A stretch of 64,000 bases of DNA from Candidatus Nanohalarchaeota archaeon (GTDB taxonomy: Archaea; Nanohalarchaeota; Nanosalinia; Nanosalinales; Nanosalinaceae). A program made the position numbers and the translations under genes. Where the stretch lies: positions 512,001 through 576,000 of the forward strand of contig JALDAJ010000001.1 of assembly GCA_022729235.1 (NCBI GenBank), read 5' to 3'. This document shows, piece after piece, positions 20,002-30,165 of the stretch (position 1 is its first letter; the number at the start of each line of letters is the position of its first letter). The notes below the pieces were generated by a model. It was not told where the DNA came from. It did no database searches and worked only from the letters and a program-made list of their open reading frames with translations.

Positions 20002-21890
20002 GGAAGGCGGTCATAACACTGACTCTGATTTTGTTCACGTCCCTTGTTGCGGCATCGCTGGACGCAGATATACAGCCTTCATCGCCTGACAACATCACGC
20101 TTTCTCCAGATAACGATTACGAGGTTTTCAAGGAGTTCGACGGCACTAACTCGGACGGCGATATAGGCAGTTACGACTGGACGCTGGTCGACACAGATCA
20201 GTCCGCTTCAGGACCTTTAGCCAACTTCACCTTTGACCGGTCGGTCTCCGGTACCAGCGAGATCCGGCTAGTAGTTTCCGATGATACTTACAGCGATCTA
20301 GATTCAGTAACTCAGCGCGTACACGATGTTCCAGAGGTCACTATCTCCATGGACGACGCGGAGGCAGGGACTGGTGAAGAGACAGATTTCAGTGTTGACA
20401 GCTATGAGAACTCTTTCGACGACCCGGTGGAGTTCGAATGGGAAGTAGATGGTGAGGTTGAGGGAGGAGACGAGGAAAGTTTCGCTCACGAATTCACGGA
20501 ATCTGGGGAGCACACTGTAACCGTTACTGCCACGGATAACGCTGGTTATGAGGGCAGTGATTCTATCGACGTAGATGTCGTTTCTGATCATGTTACTATA
20601 ACAGGTACTAACTCACCGATAGATCCGGGCGAGACTCTTGAAGTTGATGTAGAGGTTGGTGGTGTAGAGGGTTATGATACAGATGATGAGCTCGTACTTG
20701 AGGTGGATGGTGATGAGGAAGATTCGGAAGATGTAGAGCTCGAGGAAGGAGATACTTACGAGACAACCCTCGAATGGGATACTGAAGACGGAGATGAAGG
20801 CGACTACGATATTGAGGTGCTCTATGACGGTTTCTCGGATACTACGGAAGTAGAGGTGGGTGATGAGGACGGTGATGAATCTGACCTGGATGCTTTCCCG
20901 CACCAGGATGACGAGGAGGATGAGGAGGATGAGCCGGAGTTTGACGAGGTTAAGACTATTGGAGCCAACAGCATGGTGCCTGCAGAGATTTCCTTTTCAG
21001 AGTCGCCTGTGACTCACGTGACTGTGAGTGTTTCCGAGCCAGTGGATGGAGAGCTGGGTTCGACAGCTACCGAGACACAGCCGTCTGGAGTCTCTGATCC
21101 TGGTGATGAGGTCTACAGGTATATAGAGTATGATCCTGACTTTGACACCTCCGCGGTGGAAGAGGTAGAGTTCGAGTTCGATGTAAGCCAGGGATGGCTG
21201 GATGACAACGATGTCTCTTCTGCAACGGTCGAGCTGCAGAGGTACGATTCGGGATGGACTGTCCTGGATGCGGAACGTGTCGATGAGGACGAGCTCAATG
21301 TTTATTATGAGGCAACCAGTCCCGGACTCTCAGTGTTCTCGATAACCGGTGAGACCTGGAGCGATCTGTTCCAGGTGACTGATATAGATGTCAACGAGAC
21401 TGATGTAATGGCTGGGGAAGCGGTTGAGTTCAATGTAACAGTGGAGAACACCGGTCCGGAATCCGGGATCTACGAGCTGGAAGTTGATATCGATGGAGAT
21501 ACGGAATCAGAAGAAGTTGAGCTAGGTTCCGGTGAGAATACCGCCCTGAGCTTTGTAACGGATTTCGAGGAAACCGGTACTAAAACTGTAGAGTCAAAAG
21601 GAGAGACAGTTGAGGTAGAAGTCCACGGCGAGGGGCTTCCATGGCTGATGATCTTTGGAGGACTGTTTACGGCAGTGCTGGCTGTTCTCGGTTTCATATT
21701 CTTCCCGGATATCAAGAATGCGGCAGAATCGGTTATCCCTTCGGAAATAGGTGATATCTCGGTTTCCCAGCCCTCGATGTCAGGGCGTCTCAATATAGGA
21801 GATGTACTGGGAGATTTGATGCCGGATGAAGATGAAAGATCCGGTGGTTACTCTTTCGAAGGGTTTGGGGATGACAGCAAACGTTCCTAG
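19998..21890 (+). CDS. Cell-surface protein with PKD, CARDB and PGF-pre-PGF-like domains and a C-terminal TM anchor
   Basis: HEFTESGEHTVTVTATD (PKD), VTVENTG (CARDB), YYEATSPGLSVFSI, TM near the C-terminus; GTGA overlap with the previous gene. Confidence 0.85.
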   Translation: MRKAVITLTLILFTSLVAASLDADIQPSSPDNITLSPDNDYEVFKEFDGTNSDGDIGSYDWTLVDTDQSASGPLANFTFDRSVSGTSEIRLVVSDDTYSDLDSVTQRVHDVPEVTISMDDAEAGTGEETDFSVDSYENSFDDPVEFEWEVDGEVEGGDEESFAHEFTESGEHTVTVTATDNAGYEGSDSIDVDVVSDHVTITGTNSPIDPGETLEVDVEVGGVEGYDTDDELVLEVDGDEEDSEDVELEEGDTYETTLEWDTEDGDEGDYDIEVLYDGFSDTTEVEVGDEDGDESDLDAFPHQDDEEDEEDEPEFDEVKTIGANSMVPAEISFSESPVTHVTVSVSEPVDGELGSTATETQPSGVSDPGDEVYRYIEYDPDFDTSAVEEVEFEFDVSQGWLDDNDVSSATVELQRYDSGWTVLDAERVDEDELNVYYEATSPGLSVFSITGETWSDLFQVTDIDVNETDVMAGEAVEFNVTVENTGPESGIYELEVDIDGDTESEEVELGSGENTALSFVTDFEETGTKTVESKGETVEVEVHGEGLPWLMIFGGLFTAVLAVLGFIFFPDIKNAAESVIPSEIGDISVSQPSMSGRLNIGDVLGDLMPDEDERSGGYSFEGFGDDSKRS

Positions 21891-21892
21891 TT

Positions 21893-22381
21893 TCAGATAG
21901 TTCCTTCACAGATGAATTCTCCGTGGTTCTCAAGTAAATCGTCCCGGGCATACACAGGTAAATCATGTCTGGCAGCGAGCGCCACGGCGTCTGAAGGACG
22001 CGAATCCACGGCTTCTGTCTCCAGGTCATCTTCAAGTATTAACGCCGCGCGATAAGAGCCGTCCTGGAGGCTGTGTACCAGGACACCCTGCGGTTCCATG
22101 CCGGAGGCATCGAGCGAGTCAAGGAGGAGGTCATGCGTCATCGGTCTTGGAGTTTCGATATCTGCCTGTTCGATAGCATGCACTTGTTCCGGCGAGACAC
22201 CCATGCTTAGCAACCAGCAGCCTGACTTGAGAAGTAGGTGGTTCTCCCCTGTTTCGATTTCCGTTACCTCGCTGTACTCTTCCATATCGACCTGGTGCGT
22301 CCAGAGCTGGAAGTTAAATCCTATGTAAACGCCCAGGATCACTGATACTGAAAGGACTGTAACCGCTATCTTGTTCATCAA
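21893..22381 (-). CDS. Bifunctional nuclease (DUF151) domain with N-terminal TM helix
   Basis: RPMTHDLL and DSRPSDAVALA motifs. Confidence 0.85.
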   Translation of the reverse strand: MMNKIAVTVLSVSVILGVYIGFNFQLWTHQVDMEEYSEVTEIETGENHLLLKSGCWLLSMGVSPEQVHAIEQADIETPRPMTHDLLLDSLDASGMEPQGVLVHSLQDGSYRAALILEDDLETEAVDSRPSDAVALAARHDLPVYARDDLLENHGEFICEGTI

Positions 22382-22410
22382 GACAGTTTTAGGTAGTAAA
22401 CCAGAAAACT

Positions 22411-22890
22411 TTATCCCCTCTCGTACTCCACGAAAGATAACTCGCCGCGGTCATCCCTGCTGACCTCTTTCCATTCCTCTTCACTCCAGTCCGGGAAAAA
22501 AGTGTCGCCTTCGTATTCTTCATGAACCTCGGTCAGCACCATTTTATCTGCGAGATCAATCGTCTGCTCGTATACAGAGGCACCGCCCATGATGAAAACC
22601 TTGTCCTTACCTGTATCCTCCGCAATCTCCCACGCCTCTTCAAGACTGTTCGCGAGCTCGACTTCCCCGGGAACATCCATCTCCGAGCGCGTCAACACGA
22701 TATTCTTCCTGCCTTCAAGCGGTCTCACGCTTTCTGGTAGCGAGAGATAGGTGGTGCGACCCATCACAACAGGAAAGCCCATCGTAGTCTCTTTGAAGTG
22801 CTCCATGTCCTCCGGGTAATGCCACGGCAGTCCCCCATTTTTCCCTATAACATTGTTCTCCGCAACCGCCGAGATGATTACCTTTTCCAT
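22411..22890 (-). CDS. folA: Dihydrofolate reductase
   Basis: VIGKNGGLPW, VVMGRTT, RPLEGRKNIVLTR, MGGASVY, EGDTFFP. Likely start MEKVII at 22890. Confidence 0.95.
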   Translation of the reverse strand: MEKVIISAVAENNVIGKNGGLPWHYPEDMEHFKETTMGFPVVMGRTTYLSLPESVRPLEGRKNIVLTRSEMDVPGEVELANSLEEAWEIAEDTGKDKVFIMGGASVYEQTIDLADKMVLTEVHEEYEGDTFFPDWSEEEWKEVSRDDRGELSFVEYERG

Positions 22891-22986
22891 AATCTCTTCT
22901 TTGTACTGTCTGCTATAACTCTTTTCCACGGATTCAAGAAACAATAAAATCTTCACTCCTTAAAACCTGTGATAATGTGGTAGGAC

Positions 22987-23196
22987 ATGCCAACACTGTA
23001 CTTCATACTCCTCGGCATAGCTATCTGTCTCCTGGCAATATTCTTCATGAGCAGCGGTAACAAGGAGTTCGGAGCGTTCTTCATGGTGGGCGGTGTCCCG
23101 TTGGTCATCGGAACTAGCCTCGGCGCTGTAGTTGAAGCGTTAGCACTCGGGGCAGGACTCGTACTTTTACTGGTAGTACTGGAAATGGCTATGTGA
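22987..23196 (+). CDS. Small membrane protein
   Basis: 69 aa, almost fully hydrophobic, GGVPLVIGT. Confidence 0.65.
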   Translation: MPTLYFILLGIAICLLAIFFMSSGNKEFGAFFMVGGVPLVIGTSLGAVVEALALGAGLVLLLVVLEMAM

Positions 23197-23412
23197 TACA
23201 TGAGGAATGTTGTACTGAACCACAACATTTATTCTATTTTCAAGACCTGAAAAGCCTGTAAAACCGTCTAAAAAGGATAGAAACAGGTAATAAACCACTG
23301 TTCAACACACCCGGATTTTTCCATAATCTTCAACACATCTACTTCGAAACCTATTAAAGAGTAAATGATTGAATCGGAAGATACGCGCAACCATCGGGGG
23401 ATGGGGTAATCA

Positions 23413-26400
23413 ATGAACACGACAACTATCCAATACACAAACAACGCTTTCACCAAGTCACTAACACTTCTAACACTACTTTTCGTAGCACTCGCACTTT
23501 TCACGACTGGTGTTGCAGCTGCAGATGTTGGTGCTGACTTATCGGTTTATAATCCACTAGATAATTACGACCATACTATTGAGTTAGATGAAGTCAGTGA
23601 TAACCTGGTGCTTTCAGATGAGGATATAACAAGCGGAGATGAAGTCCTGCTTGAAGGAACTCTTGAAGGAGATCTTATCATGGATGTGGAAAACGTGGTT
23701 GTCGAAGGAGAGAGTTATGAGAACAGCCTCCAGACCAGAATTGAAGGTCAAGTAGAGGTGGTAGCAGAAGGTGTGGAAGTTAGAGGTCTTCAGGTATCTC
23801 CAGATTCTGAAACAATTGAAGAGAAAAAATCTGGGATTTATATTGCTGAAAGTGATGTCCTCGTCGAATACAATGAAATTTCCGGAATTAACGCAAACGC
23901 GGAAAACTCTGAGCACAGCTCTATTCACGGAATTCACGTTTGGAGTGCCGAAGGAATCAGCAATATAGAGGTACGGAACAATTTAGTGAGGGATATCGAC
24001 TTTGAAGGTGATGTAGATGGTGAGTGGGGTGATTATGGAAATCTATATGCTATTCATATACAGGGTAATATTGATGGAGCGGTAGTAGAACATAATACCG
24101 TTCAAGATCTCTGGTCAGCAGGATATCTTCCAGCAATCACTTCAGGGCATACTGGTTCAGATACTGGTGACGATCCCAATACACCTCGGGATGTAAAGGT
24201 AAAATATAATCGCCTTGAGGACATAGAGACTGGTGACGCAGGAGATACGGAAATTCCTGCTGTCGGTTTCGAAATCAGTAGCGAGGGTGATGCAAGCGAC
24301 GTAAGTGTTCTTTACAACAGCTTTGAGACGCCTGTTGGTGCAGTGAACAAAGATGAAAGTAGCACGCTCGACGCAACTCAGAATTACTGGGGTTCCGCTT
24401 CACCAGACTTTGATTCTCTGGTTGAAGGAGAAGTTGACTACGCTCCCTGGTACGCGACTGAGGAGATGATAGAGAACGTCGAAGTTCTGGATGGTGATGA
24501 AACCAGAGCTTACTCCGCTACGATTCAGGGAGGGGTAGATGCCGCTCAGGAAGGCGATACTATATTTGTCGAGTCAGGTGATTACGAAGAAGCTGTCGAG
24601 GTTGATACTGGGGACTTAACTCTCTACGGTGTGGACGATCCGCTGGTCTACTATATGGAAGATGACGGAACTCCAGCGTTCTCTATAGAGGCTGCTGGTG
24701 TAGAGATGCAAGGATTTGAGGTTCACAGAGGTGGTCAGAGTCAGAGTATAGCACAGGGAATCCGGGTTTCTGCTTCCGACGTATTAGTCGCGAATAACGC
24801 TGTTAGGGGTGTAAGCGATGATGAGACCGATCAGGGTATCTCGGTGCTTGACGGATACGGCGAAGATCCCGTGGAGACCACTTCGAACGTTACTTTATAC
24901 AAGAATTACGTACACGGATTTCCTAGCGCTGTAGGAGTAGCCACCCAGGAAGAGGGAGCAGGTCTTACCGATGTCAACATAGTTGAAAACACGCTTGAGA
25001 ATAACGGCCTCGGTATAGGTGTAACCGAGTTCAATGAGGACTCAGGAAAACCTCAAAACGTCGATATAGTCGGGAACGTGATTGATAACAGCGGATTCGA
25101 TGAAGGAGTAGGCCTATGGATTTTCTCGAATGATAAATACGGAATTAAAGGAGTCGCAGATGCAGAAGAGGTCAACGCCTCCGGAAATACATTCAGCGGA
25201 AACAAGATTCATCTTCTGGACGAAACAGGAGTTGCCAGCGATGTAGATGTTCTTGAAGAGTTCATTGAAGACAACGAAGTGAATAACCCTGTAGTATCTT
25301 TAAAAAGTGAAACATCAGGCCTACCTGTCGTCTACGGTGAGATCCAACCTGCGATAGGTGACTCCGAAGAAGGGTTTGAAGTTATTGTTGGAGAAGGAAC
25401 CTATGAGGAGTCTGTGACTGTTGATGTTGAGAACTTGAATCTGATAGGTGTTGAAAGTCCTGTAGTTGATGCTGGCGGTGCTGATATCGGAATTAGTATT
25501 GAATCAGATCTCGGAAATGTAACTGTTGAAGGATTTAATGTAACTAACTGGGTTGCTGGAGGAATAGGACAGGGATGGGTGGACTATGAGGGAACATCAT
25601 CCCATATCCATAATAACGTCATAACTGCGGGAGATGAGACTGCCGAACATGGTAACTCTATTCAGGTTACTGGTAATGAATCGACGGTTGTCGGGAATAC
25701 ATTAACCGTTACCCACCAGGTTTCGCCTGATTGGAGTGCGTCAGGAATCCTTGTATTTAGTGCAAGTAGTGCTTACGTTGCGCACAACCACGTTATAGGA
25801 GAGGGAGGTGACCGCGGAATCGTTGTTGGAGGCGGCGGTCACTACGGCAGTGACGATGAAGGTCTGAACCGGCCTGTACAGGATGTTGTTGTCGAAGATA
25901 ATCTTGTCGAGGACTCAGAAGTCGGAATCACCACTCAATCTCAGGCGTTTGATACAGTGATGGTTAATAACACTATCAGGGATAATGAAGTAGGTGTTCA
26001 AGAAGATACAGTTGAGGGTTTAAGTCCTCAGAGGACGTTAATTGAAGATAATCATATATCTGAAAACAACGTTGGACTGGAGATAGTCTCTAAGGATGAC
26101 AGTGAGCTAGAATTCACTGGAGATGTTATTTCTAACGAGTTCATAGATAATGACGTATATCTTATTGATGACTCTGGAGAGGCAGACTTACAATCTATTT
26201 TAGGAAATAATATCTTCCAGCCCTCTGCCGTTCAGGAAGGAAGTACCTTAGTCCAGGAAGCAGACGTTGATGTAATCAATGTTGACATGAATGTCGGATA
26301 TCAGACGATTCAGGAAGCAGTTGAGGATGCAGAACAGGGGCATAGAATCGAAGTCCGGGAAGGGATTTACGAGGAAGAGAACATCCGGCTGAATACTGAT

Positions 26401-27801
26401 GGTATCACGCTTACCTCCGCGGATTCAGAGAACCCTGCTGAGATCACTCACGATGAAGGAGAAAAGGATATCCTGAAAGTGGATAACGACAGTATTACCG
26501 TCTCTAATATCGTTCTTACGGCAACAGAGGCTGGCGCAATTGATGATTCTGGAGGCAAAGGGTTCATGCTCGACAGCAGCGTTGTGAAAGCAGCATCTGA
26601 ATTTGATGAAACCTCAATTGTCAACATTGCACAGCCTGATGCAACTATCGCTAATTCAACAATTGAGAATCAACTTCGACTACAGGCAGGCGCAACTGAC
26701 GCGACTGTACGAGGTAACGAGTTGGAGAACATCAATCTGAACAGTGATGCAGAGATAGTGAGTAACAGCTTTACTGGAGAGTTTGTCGGTGTTACTGTAT
26801 CAGGTACGACAGTAGTTGATGATGCAGAAATAGTTGGAAACAACTTCAGTGGAGTTGTCGGTGTTGCCCTGGCAGATCACAGTAGAAGTGTCGAAGTCAG
26901 TGAAAATGTGTTTGAAGATACAGAATTTGGTGTCTTAGTGTTTGAAGGTGATGAATCTGCCGGAGAGGAGAATACAGTGACGAGGAATAAGTTTACGGGT
27001 AACGAACACGCCGTTTCTGTAGCCGGTGAAGGACATGGACCTGCAGACGCTACTGCTGTTGAGGTGAACTACAACAACATCACAGGTAACACCTTGGGAG
27101 TTGTCAACGAGGGTAGTGGAGAAATCGACGCAACCCGTAACTACTGGGGACAGCCTCAGGGTCCTGAGGATTCCCAGGTAGAAGGCGATGTTGTTTACAC
27201 GCCTTGGTTGCCTGTTCCGCATGCCCAGCAGGGTGTGCTTGAGATCGCCGAGGAGAATCCAAGTGTTACCAGGGGTAATACTCAGAGCTTCTCCGCAGTC
27301 GTCAGGGATGGCGGTGAGGAGTATGAAGTTGATGATGTCGAGTGGAGTATAGTTAGTGACTCGGCTGGCTCTGAGATAGATGGTAACTCGGTTACTACTG
27401 GTTCGCAGGGAAGTGTTGATGTTGTGGCTGAATATGTTGGCGACGAACTTGAGCTGGCTGTTGAGGAAGCCACGGTAACCCTGAATTCGGAAGGGAGAAC
27501 TCACTCTCCTTCAGGAACTCCGGTAACTCTTCCGGATGAGGCGGAGGCAGAGCTTCCTGACGAGGCAGAAGTAGATGAAGGGGAAGAACAGGAGGAAGAG
27601 ACAGATGAGGAAGAAACTGGTACCGGTGAGGATGCGACCGGAGATACTACGACCGATGAAGGTACGACCGGGGACGATACTACTGGTGAACAGGAAGAAG
27701 ACCCTGATACCCCGACCGGGCTGACAGGACTGTTCCTGGCTGATGCTCCGGACTTCCTGGTATCGCTGACGGAGTCTATCTCCAACCTCCTACCTTTCTG
27801 A
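23413..27801 (+). CDS. Very large secreted beta-helix (pectin-lyase/NosD-like) surface protein
   Basis: Signal peptide; three TIQxAV..A..G..I.V..GxYxE units; two DATxNYWG...YxPW caps; T/D/E-rich stalk at the C-terminus. Confidence 0.88.
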   Translation: MNTTTIQYTNNAFTKSLTLLTLLFVALALFTTGVAAADVGADLSVYNPLDNYDHTIELDEVSDNLVLSDEDITSGDEVLLEGTLEGDLIMDVENVVVEGESYENSLQTRIEGQVEVVAEGVEVRGLQVSPDSETIEEKKSGIYIAESDVLVEYNEISGINANAENSEHSSIHGIHVWSAEGISNIEVRNNLVRDIDFEGDVDGEWGDYGNLYAIHIQGNIDGAVVEHNTVQDLWSAGYLPAITSGHTGSDTGDDPNTPRDVKVKYNRLEDIETGDAGDTEIPAVGFEISSEGDASDVSVLYNSFETPVGAVNKDESSTLDATQNYWGSASPDFDSLVEGEVDYAPWYATEEMIENVEVLDGDETRAYSATIQGGVDAAQEGDTIFVESGDYEEAVEVDTGDLTLYGVDDPLVYYMEDDGTPAFSIEAAGVEMQGFEVHRGGQSQSIAQGIRVSASDVLVANNAVRGVSDDETDQGISVLDGYGEDPVETTSNVTLYKNYVHGFPSAVGVATQEEGAGLTDVNIVENTLENNGLGIGVTEFNEDSGKPQNVDIVGNVIDNSGFDEGVGLWIFSNDKYGIKGVADAEEVNASGNTFSGNKIHLLDETGVASDVDVLEEFIEDNEVNNPVVSLKSETSGLPVVYGEIQPAIGDSEEGFEVIVGEGTYEESVTVDVENLNLIGVESPVVDAGGADIGISIESDLGNVTVEGFNVTNWVAGGIGQGWVDYEGTSSHIHNNVITAGDETAEHGNSIQVTGNESTVVGNTLTVTHQVSPDWSASGILVFSASSAYVAHNHVIGEGGDRGIVVGGGGHYGSDDEGLNRPVQDVVVEDNLVEDSEVGITTQSQAFDTVMVNNTIRDNEVGVQEDTVEGLSPQRTLIEDNHISENNVGLEIVSKDDSELEFTGDVISNEFIDNDVYLIDDSGEADLQSILGNNIFQPSAVQEGSTLVQEADVDVINVDMNVGYQTIQEAVEDAEQGHRIEVREGIYEEENIRLNTDGITLTSADSENPAEITHDEGEKDILKVDNDSITVSNIVLTATEAGAIDDSGGKGFMLDSSVVKAASEFDETSIVNIAQPDATIANSTIENQLRLQAGATDATVRGNELENINLNSDAEIVSNSFTGEFVGVTVSGTTVVDDAEIVGNNFSGVVGVALADHSRSVEVSENVFEDTEFGVLVFEGDESAGEENTVTRNKFTGNEHAVSVAGEGHGPADATAVEVNYNNITGNTLGVVNEGSGEIDATRNYWGQPQGPEDSQVEGDVVYTPWLPVPHAQQGVLEIAEENPSVTRGNTQSFSAVVRDGGEEYEVDDVEWSIVSDSAGSEIDGNSVTTGSQGSVDVVAEYVGDELELAVEEATVTLNSEGRTHSPSGTPVTLPDEAEAELPDEAEVDEGEEQEEETDEEETGTGEDATGDTTTDEGTTGDDTTGEQEEDPDTPTGLTGLFLADAPDFLVSLTESISNLLPF

Positions 27802-27810
27802 TTTTTCCTT

Positions 27811-28992
27811 TTACTCGCCGCGCTTCTCTTTGACATTTCCAACGAGATAGAGAGAGCCGGTTACGACTACCGAGCCGTCTCTACCAGCTTCTTCAAGCGC
27901 GAGCTCGACAGCTTTCTCCGGGTCGGATTCGACTTCGTAAGGGATAGAAACTTGCGAGGCTATCTTCTCAGGATGTTCTGCAAGGAAGAAGTCCGACTTC
28001 GTGAGGTAGAACTTGGATGCTTTCTCCTCGAGCACTGACACCATCTCTCCAAGGTCCTTATTCTCCAGGGCGTTGAAGACGCAGATGAAGTCGTCAGGTA
28101 AGTCAGGCAGTATTTTCCTTAACGCCGCAGGGTTGTGTGCACCGTCTTGGATGTATGTCGGCATCCTGTCGATGACCTCCATCCTCCCCGGGCATTCAAG
28201 GTCGGAGAACGCTGTTTCAAGGTACTCTGGCACTCTGTCCAGCTCTTCTATCACTCTGAGAGCTACTTCCAGGTTCTCCTTCTGGAAGCTTCCTTCGACA
28301 GGTATTGAAAACTTTTTTCCATCGAACAAGTAGGAGTTCCCAATCTCTTCCACACTCTGGGGTTCCAGTACTTCCGCACCTCTCTCCTCCGCGACTTCAA
28401 GTATAGTTTCCAGGCGGTCACCTGCCACGACTTTACCGTCCTCCGGTATTATGCCTGCTTTCTCGCTCGCTATCTCCTCCGGCGTGTCCCCGAGGTATTC
28501 GGTATGGTCCTCGCTGATGTTGGTTATCGCCGCTACCTCTGGCTCCGCGGCGTTCGTTGCGTCAAGTCTCCCGCCCATCCCGACCTCCATGACCGCGCAG
28601 TCAACCTGCTTTTTCGAGAAGTAGAGGAATGCAAGGACGGTCATGAACTCGAAGAACGTTAGTTCTTTTTCCAATTCAAGGGATTCGATTTTCCTGTAGA
28701 GCTCTAGAAATTCTTCCTTTGAAATCAGCTCTCCGTTGACTTTGACTCTTTCCCTTGCTGACACCAGATGAGGTGACTTGTAGACACCTACTTTGCGGTG
28801 GTTCGCCTGTAAGCCCTCCGATACCATCTCCACAGTGGAACCCTTGCCATTGGTACCGCCTACAAGCACCACCGGGTAGTCTCTGTCAGGTCTCGAAAGT
28901 GCTTCCAGTGCCTCGCGGGTAGACTCCAGTGCAGGCTTCTTCCTGTCGGATCCTCGCGATGCAAGTTCTTCTATTACTTCTTTGTATTCCAC
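27811..28992 (-). CDS. folC: Folylpolyglutamate synthase/dihydrofolate synthase
   Basis: VGGTNGKGST, SPHL, TFFE, EVGMGGRLDATN, DGAHN, TGSLYLVG. Confidence 0.95.
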   Translation of the reverse strand: MEYKEVIEELASRGSDRKKPALESTREALEALSRPDRDYPVVLVGGTNGKGSTVEMVSEGLQANHRKVGVYKSPHLVSARERVKVNGELISKEEFLELYRKIESLELEKELTFFEFMTVLAFLYFSKKQVDCAVMEVGMGGRLDATNAAEPEVAAITNISEDHTEYLGDTPEEIASEKAGIIPEDGKVVAGDRLETILEVAEERGAEVLEPQSVEEIGNSYLFDGKKFSIPVEGSFQKENLEVALRVIEELDRVPEYLETAFSDLECPGRMEVIDRMPTYIQDGAHNPAALRKILPDLPDDFICVFNALENKDLGEMVSVLEEKASKFYLTKSDFFLAEHPEKIASQVSIPYEVESDPEKAVELALEEAGRDGSVVVTGSLYLVGNVKEKRGE

Positions 28993-29025
28993 AGGGAACT
29001 TTTCCGGCGGAACGGTTTAATTAGT

Positions 29026-30123
29026 TTATTCGGCGACGCCGAACTTGATGCCGTCGTGGGGATTGTAGTCCTTTACCTTAATGTCTTCGAACTCTAGCTC
29101 GTCAATTGACTTGTCCGCGACCTCTATACTTGGTCTTTCCCGGGACTCGCGTGAGAGCTGTTTCATCAGCCCTGGTACGTGGTCGTACGGGTTACCTCGT
29201 TTATCTGTCTCGCCTTCCGGTGCGTTCTGCTCTATCCAGTTCTTTACGTCCAGGAAGTCCTCGCTGCTCGAGGCTTCCCTGATCTTTTCCTTCAGCGTTT
29301 CCATGTTGTCGCCGTACCACTCGCCCCTCGCGTTTTTGCCACAGTAGAGGTGTGCGTCAACTATCGTGTGGGAGAACTTTCCTACTTCAAGCGAGGTCTG
29401 TTCCGCGATTATATGTGTTATCAGGGAATAAGAGGCGATGTTGAAAGGTATACCGAGAGCGGTGTCGCCTGACCGTTGCGTGAGATGAGTGTTCAGTTTA
29501 CCGTCCTGCACGTTCATGACCCACGTGAAGTGGCACGGAGGGAGCTTTGAAATCGCTGCATTAGCGGGATGCCACGCTGTTATGACTATCCTTCTCGACT
29601 CCGGTCCCCGGTAGGGGTGGTCGCCGTTGAGCGTGTCGATCGCGTACTGTACCTGGTCGAATGTTTTTCTACCGTCTTCCTCCTCGTTGATCCATCTATC
29701 TACCTGTTCTATCTTCTCTCTCGGCAGATCGTACCAGCTCTCCGCATCTCCGTGCCAGTCATCTCTGTTAGGCCACCACTCGCCCTCAAGCTGGTCCTTC
29801 CTTTGTGGAAGAGGATATCGGCGCCAGAAGCGTCCATATGCGGTCGGCAGGTTCCAGTCGTCGTCCGCCCAGGCGTCCCAGATCTTGCTGTGCTCTCTGA
29901 AATCTCTTATATGGTGTTCACCGGAGAAGTACCACAGCAGCTCGTATATAAGCGATTTCCAGCGGTATCCGGACATGTCCTTTGTAGTCAGCAGTGGAAA
30001 GCCTTCCTGCAGGTCGATGGTGTAGGACTCGGAGAACTTGGAGATAGTGTCCGAAGCTGTTCTATTAGGCTTGTAGTTTCCCTGTGAAAGAATGTTTTCA
30101 ACGAGCTGATGGTACTGCTTCAT
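29026..30123 (-). CDS. thyA: Thymidylate synthase (ThyA, haloarchaeal-like with insertions)
   Basis: GFPLLTTK, SRRIVITAW, LPPCH, QRSGD..LG.PFNIASY, DAHLY. Confidence 0.95.
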   Translation of the reverse strand: MKQYHQLVENILSQGNYKPNRTASDTISKFSESYTIDLQEGFPLLTTKDMSGYRWKSLIYELLWYFSGEHHIRDFREHSKIWDAWADDDWNLPTAYGRFWRRYPLPQRKDQLEGEWWPNRDDWHGDAESWYDLPREKIEQVDRWINEEEDGRKTFDQVQYAIDTLNGDHPYRGPESRRIVITAWHPANAAISKLPPCHFTWVMNVQDGKLNTHLTQRSGDTALGIPFNIASYSLITHIIAEQTSLEVGKFSHTIVDAHLYCGKNARGEWYGDNMETLKEKIREASSSEDFLDVKNWIEQNAPEGETDKRGNPYDHVPGLMKQLSRESRERPSIEVADKSIDELEFEDIKVKDYNPHDGIKFGVAE

Positions 30124-30165
30124 GTGTCGTTCTTCTGGTGAAACTGTTAATTATTTTTCGAGCCT

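Noticed and set aside
27580-27710. Tandem DNA repeat
   Set aside because: Low-complexity coding sequence for the T/G/D/E stalk with no exact nucleotide periodicity.
15856-27801. Diversity-generating retroelement acting on the surface proteins
   Set aside because: No reverse transcriptase and no near-identical template/variable repeat pair was seen by eye.
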